From Eubacteriales bacterium (GTDB lineage Bacteria > Bacillota > Clostridia > Oscillospirales > CAG-272): DNA of 64,000 nt. Location: positions 884 through 64,883 of the forward strand of contig JAZKYL010000147.1 of the NCBI GenBank assembly GCA_045612105.1, given 5' to 3'. The position numbers were made by a program, and so were the translations under genes. Of this stretch, positions 56,501 through 64,000 are shown in pieces; position 1 is the first letter of the stretch; each line of letters starts with the position of its first letter. A model generated the notes under the pieces. It was not told the origin of the DNA. It saw only the letters and a list, made by a program, of their open reading frames with translations, and did no database searches.

Positions 56501-58298
56501 TTGTGAATGAGGCTCCGTCAATGCTGAACAGAATGTCCATTGATGAAGACGTCTCGCTCTTGATTGTGATCTGAATAGCATTATAGGATTCTGCGGAATA
56601 AGACAGACTTGTTGATCCAACCCAGGTATCAAGGGGGTTAGCTATGGTAAAGCTCAATACACCGTTAGATACCTTAGGCTTTGTGGAATGGTGGGTGGAG
56701 TATTTTGTAAACGTGCTTATATCAAGAGTTTTCGTGGAAGAGACCGTTGCGCTGTTTACAAAATCGTTATCCAGCATATGAACGTCATAGTAATAATAGC
56801 CTAATCTGAAGATATTAGGTCTCGGCTCGGCGGTATAATTACTTGCGTAATAGGTCTTACCTGAAGTAGTTTTCGCGAAGACCTTCATAGTGTTCTGAAT
56901 ATAAGCCGCGCCCGAAGGATCGGTTATAGAAGCAACGGTGGAGTTTCCGCCGGTGGTAAGATTATAGTTAACGCGAACGTTTTGATTCTCGATAGTGTAC
57001 TTATTACGGTTACCATCCTTATTGTAATATGCATCAACACCGTTCACAAGACCGTTTGCATGTGCAATCACATCTTGATTGTTGTTACTGTATTCATATT
57101 TGGGAAATCCGCCTTGATCTTCAAGGCTTCCAACGTAAACGTCCTCAACAAAATCAAGCACACAAAGTGTGGATGTATTCTTCACGGGAACTGCCGCAAA
57201 GGTCACATCAACCCACTGTCCTTCATAATCGGAAAGATCAGCGGCTATTCCGTTACAATTTTTTCCGCTTCCCGCAGCGCACTGATAAGAAGCCTTGACC
57301 TTGGTGCTTGCCGCATCCGCAAAGGTTATACCAAGTTTCTGCTGAGCCGCAGTGATAACGCTATCGCCGGCATTAAAGATCGAGGATCTTCCGTAAAGCG
57401 TGGCATCATTCCAAGTCTTTCCGTCGTCAACCGACCACACGTACTTACTGATACCACCATCTACTACGCTCCAGCCGGAAAATACGAGACAGTTATCTTC
57501 AAAGGTAGTACCGCCATAAAGTATTCTGTCAACACCGGTTTTCGAGCTTCCGCCGCGAGCACTTAATGTTGCTGCTCCGTTCGCACCCATACCGTTGATC
57601 ATATCAAGAGCAGAACAATAAGCGAGATTCGACTTGGTATAAGAGGACGAGGGATCTATATATTCCTCTTTATTTTGATAATTCTCTGCGTCATATGCCT
57701 GAGCCTCAGCCGCTGAATTAAAAAAACCGATATACTCAATATCAATGAAGGCATCCTCGGGAATTGTTCCCGCGTTCATAAAATCAAAACGGAGATAATT
57801 TGCTGAACTTCCATTATAATCTGCTATTTTGGATGCAAGATCAACCGTTACAAGATTCCACTTACCGTTAGCGGTTATAGCAAAATGCTTTGAACTGCTT
57901 GCGGCAACAGGCTTCTTGTTAACCGAATCCGAAAGGATTTCCATAGAAATGCCTGCTGTCTGTGTCCTGTACTTAATAGCAATGACAGGAGCTACAGCAT
58001 GAGCCGTATAAAAAAGATGAAAATACGCTTCCGCTGTGCCCGGACCTCCCGCAGAAAGAAGACGAACAAATTCGGTACCGTTTTTCTTGTAATGAGTTAC
58101 TTCGTCGTATCCCATACAACCATATTTGTCACCCCAGATACCGGGCTCGGCTAGGTCATATATTTCCTGTGCGGTAAATATAAGATCGGTGGTGTCGTAC
58201 TCCAATGCAACCGCGGGCATCGCGGCAAAAGGCATAGAGAGCACCGACATTACAAGCGCCAGCATAAGCGAGACGCCTCTAAACAGTTTCTTTTTCAT
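53541..58298 (-). CDS. giant secreted dockerin protein, paralogue 3 (extra N-terminal modules, LRR segment)
   Basis: 1585 aa counted from ATG 58298 (AGGAGG RBS; the track ORF starts at 58379). Signal peptide MKKKLFRGVSLMLALVMSVLSMPFAAMPAVA. Shared core. BspA-like LRR near the C-terminus. Dockerin with NANGDLGISVLD and DANGDGEVNMKD. Confidence 0.9.
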   Translation of the reverse strand: MKKKLFRGVSLMLALVMSVLSMPFAAMPAVALEYDTTDLIFTAQEIYDLAEPGIWGDKYGCMGYDEVTHYKKNGTEFVRLLSAGGPGTAEAYFHLFYTAHAVAPVIAIKYRTQTAGISMEILSDSVNKKPVAASSSKHFAITANGKWNLVTVDLASKIADYNGSSANYLRFDFMNAGTIPEDAFIDIEYIGFFNSAAEAQAYDAENYQNKEEYIDPSSSYTKSNLAYCSALDMINGMGANGAATLSARGGSSKTGVDRILYGGTTFEDNCLVFSGWSVVDGGISKYVWSVDDGKTWNDATLYGRSSIFNAGDSVITAAQQKLGITFADAASTKVKASYQCAAGSGKNCNGIAADLSDYEGQWVDVTFAAVPVKNTSTLCVLDFVEDVYVGSLEDQGGFPKYEYSNNNQDVIAHANGLVNGVDAYYNKDGNRNKYTIENQNVRVNYNLTTGGNSTVASITDPSGAAYIQNTMKVFAKTTSGKTYYASNYTAEPRPNIFRLGYYYYDVHMLDNDFVNSATVSSTKTLDISTFTKYSTHHSTKPKVSNGVLSFTIANPLDTWVGSTSLSYSAESYNAIQITIKSETSSSMDILFSIDGASFTTDKGKIRNNIKNDGEWHTYTFSTERWAEKGYTGNVTGLRFDFDGMEGTDVQIKDIKVLNITYDKVPLTLDRTMHTYSDKLHQEIHVVAYKDVNNINSLGVITEINASTVDKLIVKDKNGTHTSLNGVDWASAEYIGFDIKNVGIFGYILPYDGKSGSMKVTLSNNVYTITQEVFPRNDTILAPVYDATNDFRMGQRIYTDKNHTFDAFLKEAEIERNPLTAENIKIDTDATPRSKFKGYDPIKGAYYFTLSGVANFGIAYEDSPNKHYNVSFGIEGDGTDRNIYVMTHTSSGALECAALLDVNDMMLPVPLEVCKNFSEGEEPIYNCGDTTYGDTIFPITVGGDDDKYFTLLNLYQNWGKYPLKQISSIGYYVPYYHLSTGVTETNCISHYSTRGRNFEMLPDHRAMSQPFWNNQPQHYNAGHHAFLRYEDSTGKMIGTEYTDVAIGSYGPTYADVTTNYVTDDGKIKVEINHMEMPQTDENRGYYEIVYTVEEDLTINNFREDFSLYSFFGYSYYKYLGYLDNTNNCKVTEMIWPDGKEKETRYHTLGTHVPYFDVYYMSNATSYGNLSFIVDTSEIVIGGKKSSANFAVKEAYQTLSLTLDIDGAVTLKKGDSFKINAIIMPWGGGWKDSNVVEFDPADYSVDVKEQADGSKVYHVNNDNNVRRIRKELIAANGYKATAVADCTVEASAFLPTVVTNNGSSAQFTINGGFDTAADDVNITVLAKGFKFLGVPKIEELVNGNWVEYVVSSKDTPDATGSYHDYDGYAVTYENGKYNYSFVTTITDTTARTFRVTVEEPATFGLEYALNDDGESLAVVGFDGHAINSLVIPEEYAGLPVTGIESGAIVTENVKSIKIPASVTNISNQNAFSGNYTGVTVVIDENNTVYSANGNKIIKKATGETVWIGSKYGNANGDLGISVLDVSKLREYLANYNTETDTPAFVLASGADANGDGEVNMKDIILLRQYLANYDYDSNTPGVQLGAK

Positions 58299-58358
58299 AA
58301 TGAAACCTCCTACTGATGAGTTGTGCAAATCATACAAGTCAATTAAACACTTTGAAAC

Positions 58359-58387
58359 ATAATAACATATTTTCTCCAAAATGTCAA
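58359..58387 (-). promoter_or_regulatory. sigma-A promoter of paralogue 3 (TTGACA-17-TATTAT)
   Basis: Minus strand: TTGACA at 58387-58382 and TATTAT at 58364-58359. Confidence 0.5.
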
Positions 58388-58526
58388 TACTCTTGTATAA
58401 AAATTATAATATAAATCACGGTGTTAGTCTATGGACTATCCGATTGAAATAGCTAAAAAATAGCACTATCTTATACATTTAAAGACCAATCATTTAAGGC
58501 ATATAACTAAAAATCCCCCAACAAAA

Positions 58527-58563
58527 ATATCTCCCGAAAGCCAAATTACCTTTCGGGAGATAT
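58527..58563. terminator. bidirectional rho-independent terminator
   Basis: 14-bp stem ATATCTCCCGAAAG (58527-58540) pairs with CTTTCGGGAGATAT (58550-58563), with T-runs on both strands. Confidence 0.8.
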
Positions 58564-58575
58564 TTTTCTTTTTTG

Positions 58576-60453
58576 TTAAACTCTTTCTTTTTTACCGAAA
58601 TACGTCAGCATCATCTCAAGCACTCTCGAGCTTCCGCTTCCGTTTGGTTGCCAAGGATTGTACCAAGGATTTATTGAGCAATACCGTTCAGCGACGATAT
58701 TTTCCTTTGTCATACCGTACTTTAGGCAAGCATCCAGCGTTTCCTTCGCCTTTTCTCGCTCACCGCACGCGCACCAAGCTTTTATCCAATAGGTCTCACT
58801 CTGCATAGTGTACCATACGTCGCCGTATCCGCCGAAATAAGCCTCGTCCCACATGCTGGCACAGCTGGTCATCCTGCCCGTAAGTCCGCGTTCAAACTGA
58901 CCTCGAATACGAAAGAAATTCTCCATCTTTTGGTGTATCTCACCGCCCGGCTCAATGAAACCGGTATAGAGCAGATAAGGCGCACCGTCGGTGTAATAGC
59001 TGTAATTTTCGCTGTCCTCAAAAGGTACTCCAAGCATATGCGGCAGAATGTAATATTCATCATCCTCATGACCCCTGAAAAGCAAGTCGCGAATGTCCTC
59101 GATCACTTCTGAATAATCGTCAAATATTGCTTTGGTGCGTTCATATTCATCGGACCCATACTGTAAAAGAACTTCGTACATCGAGCGCAATGCCATACAG
59201 TTGTGGCTGTCGGTAAAGGTCCAGAATTGACCTCTTTCGCTCCAATCACTTCCGGTTCCCGCAGGAAATATTCTCTCGTATCCGTCCTCGCGAGGCGACA
59301 TCCTACGTCTGTCTATCCAATCGCGCATAGCGGTCATATATGGCAAAAAGTGTCTGAATTCTCTTTTGCTGTCAGAGTTTTTCAAGTGCTCACAGATTCC
59401 GAACAGCACGGATCCCGTAAAATTGTCCCATCCCGCGGTTGAGCCGATCTTTCCGTGATCCTCACCGTCGATAATAAACCAACGTTCAAGATAGCCGCAA
59501 TAAGCGTTAAAGGAATACTCATATATTCCCGCCTTTTCAAGATTTGTCAGCACCTGGACGCCCTCATACGGCCAGACAAATCTTGCTATATCTCCTTGGC
59601 GCACAGATACCCTGTCCTGCCCCTCGTATCTTGCCAACATCTGCATACACTGAACGGCGCAATGCTTGTAAATCCCGAGATATTTTTCGTCGTCGGTGTC
59701 CGGCAGATATTTGATCTTTTCAACTATTCCCTGCCAGAAATCCACCGCCTCGGCTCGCTTTTTTTTGTAGTCAAAATTCCCTATCGGCTCGTTAGCGCGG
59801 ACGGCACCGGTAAAAGTAACCTTCTCCCACGCAGACAGAGTATATTTCACGTCAAAATAATCCGCCGCCGCAAAGCTGTGCCGACTTTTTGAATCGGTTA
59901 CCCAATCCACATGCAAATTATCCGCCTTGACCGTCAGATATCCCATATCGCTCTCGGCAACCCCTTCTTCGTTCTGCGCCCAAGTGCGTTTCAGCATATA
60001 CCAATTCTTGAAATTCGGACGGTACGGGCTGTACCCCTCTTGATGCTGATTGACCATATATTTTTCCTGCCCGGAACGCGGCATCACGGCAATATTACCT
60101 GAAACGGTCTCGTCGCTATCATTGATAAGAGTTACCTTAAAATATACCGTCGGATTCCGCTCACTGCCCGCAAAAGCCTCAATTTTTGTAAGACACTCTG
60201 CGCGATTTATCACCTCATATATGGGCAGACCGCACTCGACCTCTCTGTATTCGGTCTCATCAAGATCAAATCCCACAGGCTCTTCTCCGTGAAGAAACAA
60301 AACCCCCACTCCGGGCTGACCTACGTGTGTACCGTTGTCAAGCAAAGAGAGCGACAAGATCTTAAAATCGGGACAGAGCAATGCGATCCTTTCTGAAAGC
60401 GGACGATGAAGATAGGCCTTCGTAGTCTTCGGTCTCAACCAAGCCTCTTTCAT
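58576..60453 (-). CDS. cytoplasmic hypothetical protein, possibly a glycoside-hydrolase-like (alpha/alpha)6 enzyme
   Basis: 625 aa with no signal peptide. It is W/Y/E-rich with a helical-repeat-like C-terminal half. Translationally coupled to the AraC gene (ATGA overlap, AAGGAGG RBS). The function call is a guess from context. Confidence 0.7.
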   Translation of the reverse strand: MKEAWLRPKTTKAYLHRPLSERIALLCPDFKILSLSLLDNGTHVGQPGVGVLFLHGEEPVGFDLDETEYREVECGLPIYEVINRAECLTKIEAFAGSERNPTVYFKVTLINDSDETVSGNIAVMPRSGQEKYMVNQHQEGYSPYRPNFKNWYMLKRTWAQNEEGVAESDMGYLTVKADNLHVDWVTDSKSRHSFAAADYFDVKYTLSAWEKVTFTGAVRANEPIGNFDYKKKRAEAVDFWQGIVEKIKYLPDTDDEKYLGIYKHCAVQCMQMLARYEGQDRVSVRQGDIARFVWPYEGVQVLTNLEKAGIYEYSFNAYCGYLERWFIIDGEDHGKIGSTAGWDNFTGSVLFGICEHLKNSDSKREFRHFLPYMTAMRDWIDRRRMSPREDGYERIFPAGTGSDWSERGQFWTFTDSHNCMALRSMYEVLLQYGSDEYERTKAIFDDYSEVIEDIRDLLFRGHEDDEYYILPHMLGVPFEDSENYSYYTDGAPYLLYTGFIEPGGEIHQKMENFFRIRGQFERGLTGRMTSCASMWDEAYFGGYGDVWYTMQSETYWIKAWCACGEREKAKETLDACLKYGMTKENIVAERYCSINPWYNPWQPNGSGSSRVLEMMLTYFGKKERV

Positions 60454-61289
60454 TGATCGCCCTCCTTCTCTTTCAACTGTTTTCTCCAGGAAACAGGCGA
60501 TGTTCCGTAATAATTCTTAAAGCACCTTGAAAAATACTCGTTGTCACAAAATCCGCACTCCTCCGCAACCTCACGTATCGACAGCTCGCTGTTAATAAGC
60601 AGTCTCGCCGCCTTCTCCATGCGCTTTTTCATTACGTATTCCATTATAGTAATGTCGTATTCCTTCTTAAAATGCTCGGTGAGAGTAACGGTACTGTAAT
60701 GAAGCTTAAAAGAAAGATCTGAAAGGGTTATTTTTTTCGATAGATTGTTTTTAATGTAAGACTTTATAAGCTGACCGATAGTCATATCGGCATCCGCCAG
60801 AAGATTATTAGTCTCAATGTACTCGGAAATAAGCGGAAGCAGAGCCGCGAACGCATCAAGCTTCTCTTTTGAATATTTCGGCAGATCCTGAATACTCTTT
60901 TCAAGTTGACTTTTGTTAAGAGTGGGCGACACATCCAAAGCAAGCTTCATAAGCTCCTTTTCGCTCTCGACTCCGTCCTCGATACCCATTCCCACAAAAA
61001 CGTATGCGACGATCTCATCATTTTTATGTATAGGCATCAAAGCTTCATAAATACCGAAAGGACACTTGTACACGTGCAGACCGTTCTTCTCGTATGCCCT
61101 CTCAAGCTCACAATCATCCGATTCAATGCAAATATCCATGCATTTTTGTGATTTGTGTATATTTGAACAGTACAAAGCGCCCGAATAGCGGCGGGCAATT
61201 ATTTTATTTTTGCTGTTGACTATGGCAACGTCCATACCCGATATTTCATAAAAGCTCTGCAAAATATCTTCGATCTTAAGCGAACCCAT
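60450..61289 (-). CDS. AraC family transcriptional regulator with N-terminal PocR-like sensor domain
   Basis: About 279 aa counted from ATG 61289 (GAAGGAGG RBS; the track starts at TTG 61307). Cys-rich PocR-like N-terminal region. C-terminal AraC HTH (...IREVAEECGFCDNEYFSRCFKNYYGTSP). Confidence 0.85.
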   Translation of the reverse strand: MGSLKIEDILQSFYEISGMDVAIVNSKNKIIARRYSGALYCSNIHKSQKCMDICIESDDCELERAYEKNGLHVYKCPFGIYEALMPIHKNDEIVAYVFVGMGIEDGVESEKELMKLALDVSPTLNKSQLEKSIQDLPKYSKEKLDAFAALLPLISEYIETNNLLADADMTIGQLIKSYIKNNLSKKITLSDLSFKLHYSTVTLTEHFKKEYDITIMEYVMKKRMEKAARLLINSELSIREVAEECGFCDNEYFSRCFKNYYGTSPVSWRKQLKEKEGDQ

Positions 61290-61435
61290 AATTCTGCCCT
61301 CCTTCAAAAATCCGTTTTTCCAAATTGAATTACTCTACTGCTTCATAATAGCATAAGACCCGTAAAATTGCAAGCCTTTTTTGCTAAAAAGCCATAAAAT
61401 TTATCGATTTTACGGTTTTACTTATTGATTTGTAG

Positions 61436-61464
61436 TTGTCAAGGCAAAAAAAGTTTGCTATAAT
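61436..61464 (+). promoter_or_regulatory. sigma-A promoter of the oxidoreductase gene
   Basis: TTGTCA at 61436-61441, 17-nt spacer, TGcTATAAT with the -10 box at 61459-61464. Confidence 0.55.
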
Positions 61465-61528
61465 GTACTCGTAAGGCAGAAAAGCCTGCCCAAATTAAAA
61501 ATATTTATTACACAGGAGGATGTGTATC

Positions 61529-62551
61529 ATGAAAGACGGAAAAGTTGTTGTTGGTATTATGGGCCTGCAGTTCGGTCTGCGCCATATGGAAGGAGCTATG
61601 GAAAACGGATACGAGATCGGCGCTATCTGCGACACTCTGCCCGGCAGACTTGAGGATTACGGCACGGAGTACAAGATTCCGAGAGACCGCTGGTACACCG
61701 ATTACAGAGATTGCCTTAATATCGGACTTGACGTTGTAGTTCTTGCGGTTCCCGACCAGATGCACAGACAGATGTCCGAGGATTTTCTTGCCGCAGGAGT
61801 AAACGTACTCTGCGAAAAGCCTCTCGCGCTCAACCGTGAGGATCTTTGCGCAATTATCAAGGCTGAAAAGGCAAGCACCGCACGCTTTATGGTAGGTCAG
61901 GTCTGCCGTTTCACCTCCAATTTCATTCTTGCAAAGCAGATGATCGACGAGGGCAAGATCGGTGACATCTACTTTATCGAATCCGAGTACGCTCACGACT
62001 ATATGAAGATACTTGCCAACGAAAAGGCTTGGAGAGCAGATCCCGCACGTCACGGTATGATCGGTGGCGGTTGCCACGCTGTTGACCTTATGCGCTGGAT
62101 CGCAGGAGACCCCTATGAGATCATGGCATACGGCACGCATAAGCTCCTCCCCACTGTTCCCTACAATGACGCAACCATCGCAATCATGAAGTTCCCCAAC
62201 GACGTCATCGGTAAGGTATTCTGTTCTACCGGTTGTAAGAGAAACTACACCATGAGAACCCTTATCTACGGAACCAAGGGTACCATCATCTGCGACAACA
62301 CATCTCCTACTATCACCTACTTCGGTGTGAATGAGGATCAGACCCACAAGAAGGCTGAGGAGATCCCCGTTGGCACCGTAAACAACCACAACGTAAAGGA
62401 CGAGATCAGAGTATTCGTTGACGCGATCCTCAACAATAAGCCTATCCAGATGTCTGCTACCGAGGGTGCAAAGAGCGCTCAGGCTTGTATCTCTATCGTT
62501 GAGTCCAGCGACACAGGCAAGATCGTACATCCCAATTATAATTTCGATTAA
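61529..62551 (+). CDS. Gfo/Idh/MocA family oxidoreductase
   Basis: 340 aa counted from ATG 61529 (AGGAGG RBS at 61514-61519). Rossmann N-terminus VVVGIMGLQFG and the EKPLA motif. Confidence 0.88.
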   Translation: MKDGKVVVGIMGLQFGLRHMEGAMENGYEIGAICDTLPGRLEDYGTEYKIPRDRWYTDYRDCLNIGLDVVVLAVPDQMHRQMSEDFLAAGVNVLCEKPLALNREDLCAIIKAEKASTARFMVGQVCRFTSNFILAKQMIDEGKIGDIYFIESEYAHDYMKILANEKAWRADPARHGMIGGGCHAVDLMRWIAGDPYEIMAYGTHKLLPTVPYNDATIAIMKFPNDVIGKVFCSTGCKRNYTMRTLIYGTKGTIICDNTSPTITYFGVNEDQTHKKAEEIPVGTVNNHNVKDEIRVFVDAILNNKPIQMSATEGAKSAQACISIVESSDTGKIVHPNYNFD

Positions 62552-62574
62552 TTTGCATAGATTATAATAAATTA

Positions 62575-62617
62575 TCCGTCTGGAACCGAAAATTTAGGTT
62601 GCAGACGGGTATTTTTT
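62575..62617 (+). terminator. rho-independent terminator
   Basis: CCGTCTG (62576-62582) pairs with CAGACGG (62602-62608), with inner AACC/GGTT pairs, followed by GTATTTTTT. Confidence 0.65.
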
Positions 62618-62651
62618 AACAAAAAAGTCACATATAACACAAAAAATATTG

Positions 62652-62680
62652 TTGCAAATGTGAATATTTAATGATATATT
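62652..62680 (+). promoter_or_regulatory. putative sigma-A promoter (TTGCAA-17-TGaTATATT)
   Basis: TTGCAA at 62652-62657 and TATATT at 62675-62680. Confidence 0.45.
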
Positions 62681-62715
62681 AAAGTTACATTTATACTATA
62701 TTTGGGAGGATTTTT

Positions 62716-64000
62716 ATGAAAACTAAAAGACTCATTTCTTTGATCCTTGCAGTAATTCTATCGTTAGGTACGGTAGTTTATACTGCATCTGCTTCCGAAG
62801 CTTCTGCAAGCACAAACGCAGATATTCTCCTCGGCGACGTTAATGACGACGGGACCGTCGACACAAAAGATATTATTCTTTTGCGTCAGTATTTCGCAAA
62901 CTATAATTACGACACCGGCAAAGCACCGTTCGAGATTGGTGACAGCGCAGACGTAAACGGTGACGGAGAAATCAATTCGACCGACATTGTCGAATTAAGA
63001 GATATTCTCGTCAATAAAGTTTATCCCGATGATGAAGACTCAAAGATCGGTGAGACTATTGATGCGGAATATGCCGCTGATTTCACGGTTGCAAAGGTTT
63101 TCTCCGATAATATGGTCGTCCAGAGAAACGAGCAAATACGCGTTTGGGGCTTTGCTCCCGAAAGCGAGAACGGCAAAAAGGTTTCCGCTACCTTCAAGGG
63201 TATGTTCGCGGAGGCACTTGTTGAGAACGGTGAGTGGTGCATCACCTTTGGTGCGCGACTCGTTGAAAACGTAAACGGCGCACAGATGAAGATATACACC
63301 GATACCAAGACAGTTGCGTTCGAAAACGTCCTTGTCGGCGACGTTTATCTCGTTATGGGTCAGTCCAACGCGGCGTATAACGTAGAACAGCATCTCAAGT
63401 ACGACGATCCCGCAACTCAGGGTGGCGGATTGGATGCCATAGATGAGAATTCCATAATAAGACTCAATTATCTTAACGGTTCGGGCGGCGAATACAGCAA
63501 AAAAGGAACTGATTACGTTTATTCAGACCTTGAAAACACCACCTTCTGGACAAAGACCACCCAGAACGATACCAAACGCTTCTCTGCATTGGGATATTAT
63601 TTCGCAAGACATATGACCGAAAAGGATCCCACCGTTCCGATTGGTCTTATGGAGGTAGCCGTTGGAGGCGCTCCCCTCGTATCCTTCCTCCCCAACGATC
63701 TTGCTGAAAAGTGGGATGGCGATTACTTAAACACCGCTGACGGCAAATATTATTCCAACGTCAGCAACGAGCATATGGGCAGATACTTCTATAACTGCTA
63801 TCTCGCTCCCGTTTCCAGATATGCCATCGCAGGTGTGCTTTGGTATCAGGGCGAAAGCAACAACGGAATATCCGAGTCAATGAAGTACAATGCTACTTTT
63901 GCGGATTTTATGACCCGTTTGCGTTCAACTCATAACGTAACAAATAAGGACTTCCCCGTATTCATCACCGAGCTTCCTTCTATATATCAAAAGCCCGCGG
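62716..64000 (+). CDS. secreted N-terminal-dockerin SASA/DUF303-type carbohydrate (sialate O-acetyl-) esterase, 3' end beyond window
   Basis: Absent from the ORF track because it runs off the window. In my translation, frame 1 is open from ATG 62716 (GGGAGGA RBS) to nt 64000. Signal peptide, dockerin (62833-63012; DVNDDGTVDTKD, DVNGDGEINSTD), then VYLVMGQSNA and LWYQGESN esterase motifs. Confidence 0.8.
   Translation, partial: MKTKRLISLILAVILSLGTVVYTASASEASASTNADILLGDVNDDGTVDTKDIILLRQYFANYNYDTGKAPFEIGDSADVNGDGEINSTDIVELRDILVNKVYPDDEDSKIGETIDAEYAADFTVAKVFSDNMVVQRNEQIRVWGFAPESENGKKVSATFKGMFAEALVENGEWCITFGARLVENVNGAQMKIYTDTKTVAFENVLVGDVYLVMGQSNAAYNVEQHLKYDDPATQGGGLDAIDENSIIRLNYLNGSGGEYSKKGTDYVYSDLENTTFWTKTTQNDTKRFSALGYYFARHMTEKDPTVPIGLMEVAVGGAPLVSFLPNDLAEKWDGDYLNTADGKYYSNVSNEHMGRYFYNCYLAPVSRYAIAGVLWYQGESNNGISESMKYNATFADFMTRLRSTHNVTNKDFPVFITELPSIYQKPA

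Overview
Chromosomal window from a Firmicutes/Clostridia genome. I infer a Ruminococcus/Oscillospiraceae-like organism from the Ruminococcus-type dockerins, sigma-A promoters with extended -10 boxes, and the gene content. Layout: (i) 1-6950 is a phage head-morphogenesis module (small and large terminase, portal, Prp-type protease, scaffold, major capsid, one small ORF). It ends at a terminator with no connector, tail or lysis genes after it. (ii) 7473-15242 is a 2589-aa secreted protein with an N-terminal dockerin, BspA-type LRR blocks and Cys-repeat arrays. An AT-rich region with a strong promoter and a nested hairpin precedes it, and an unusual array of nine mini-hairpins follows it. (iii) 15.5-42.8 kb is housekeeping or accessory: a membrane protein, an Mbeg1-like hydrolase, a 353-bp inverted-repeat-bounded element, rarA, cysK, a lipoprotein SASA-type esterase, feoA-feoB plus a Cys-rich partner, an HD protein, two Na/Pi-PhoU transporters, a MATE pump, metF-metH, tRNA-Pro(CGG), a CaCA antiporter, and a tetR-fakA(yloV)-plsX-degV-GNAT-like-acpP operon. 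(iv) 42.9-64 kb is the most interesting part. It is a compact cohesin-dockerin locus with a membrane-anchor-like cohesin protein, a cohesin-dockerin adaptor, and three giant paralogous dockerin proteins (about 1300-1590 aa) whose conserved core I cannot assign to any known family. Next to it lie an AraC/PocR regulator coupled to a cytoplasmic 625-aa protein, a Gfo/Idh/MocA oxidoreductase, and a dockerin-bearing SASA-type esterase that runs off the window. All calls come from reading the translations and the sequence by eye. No database search was run.
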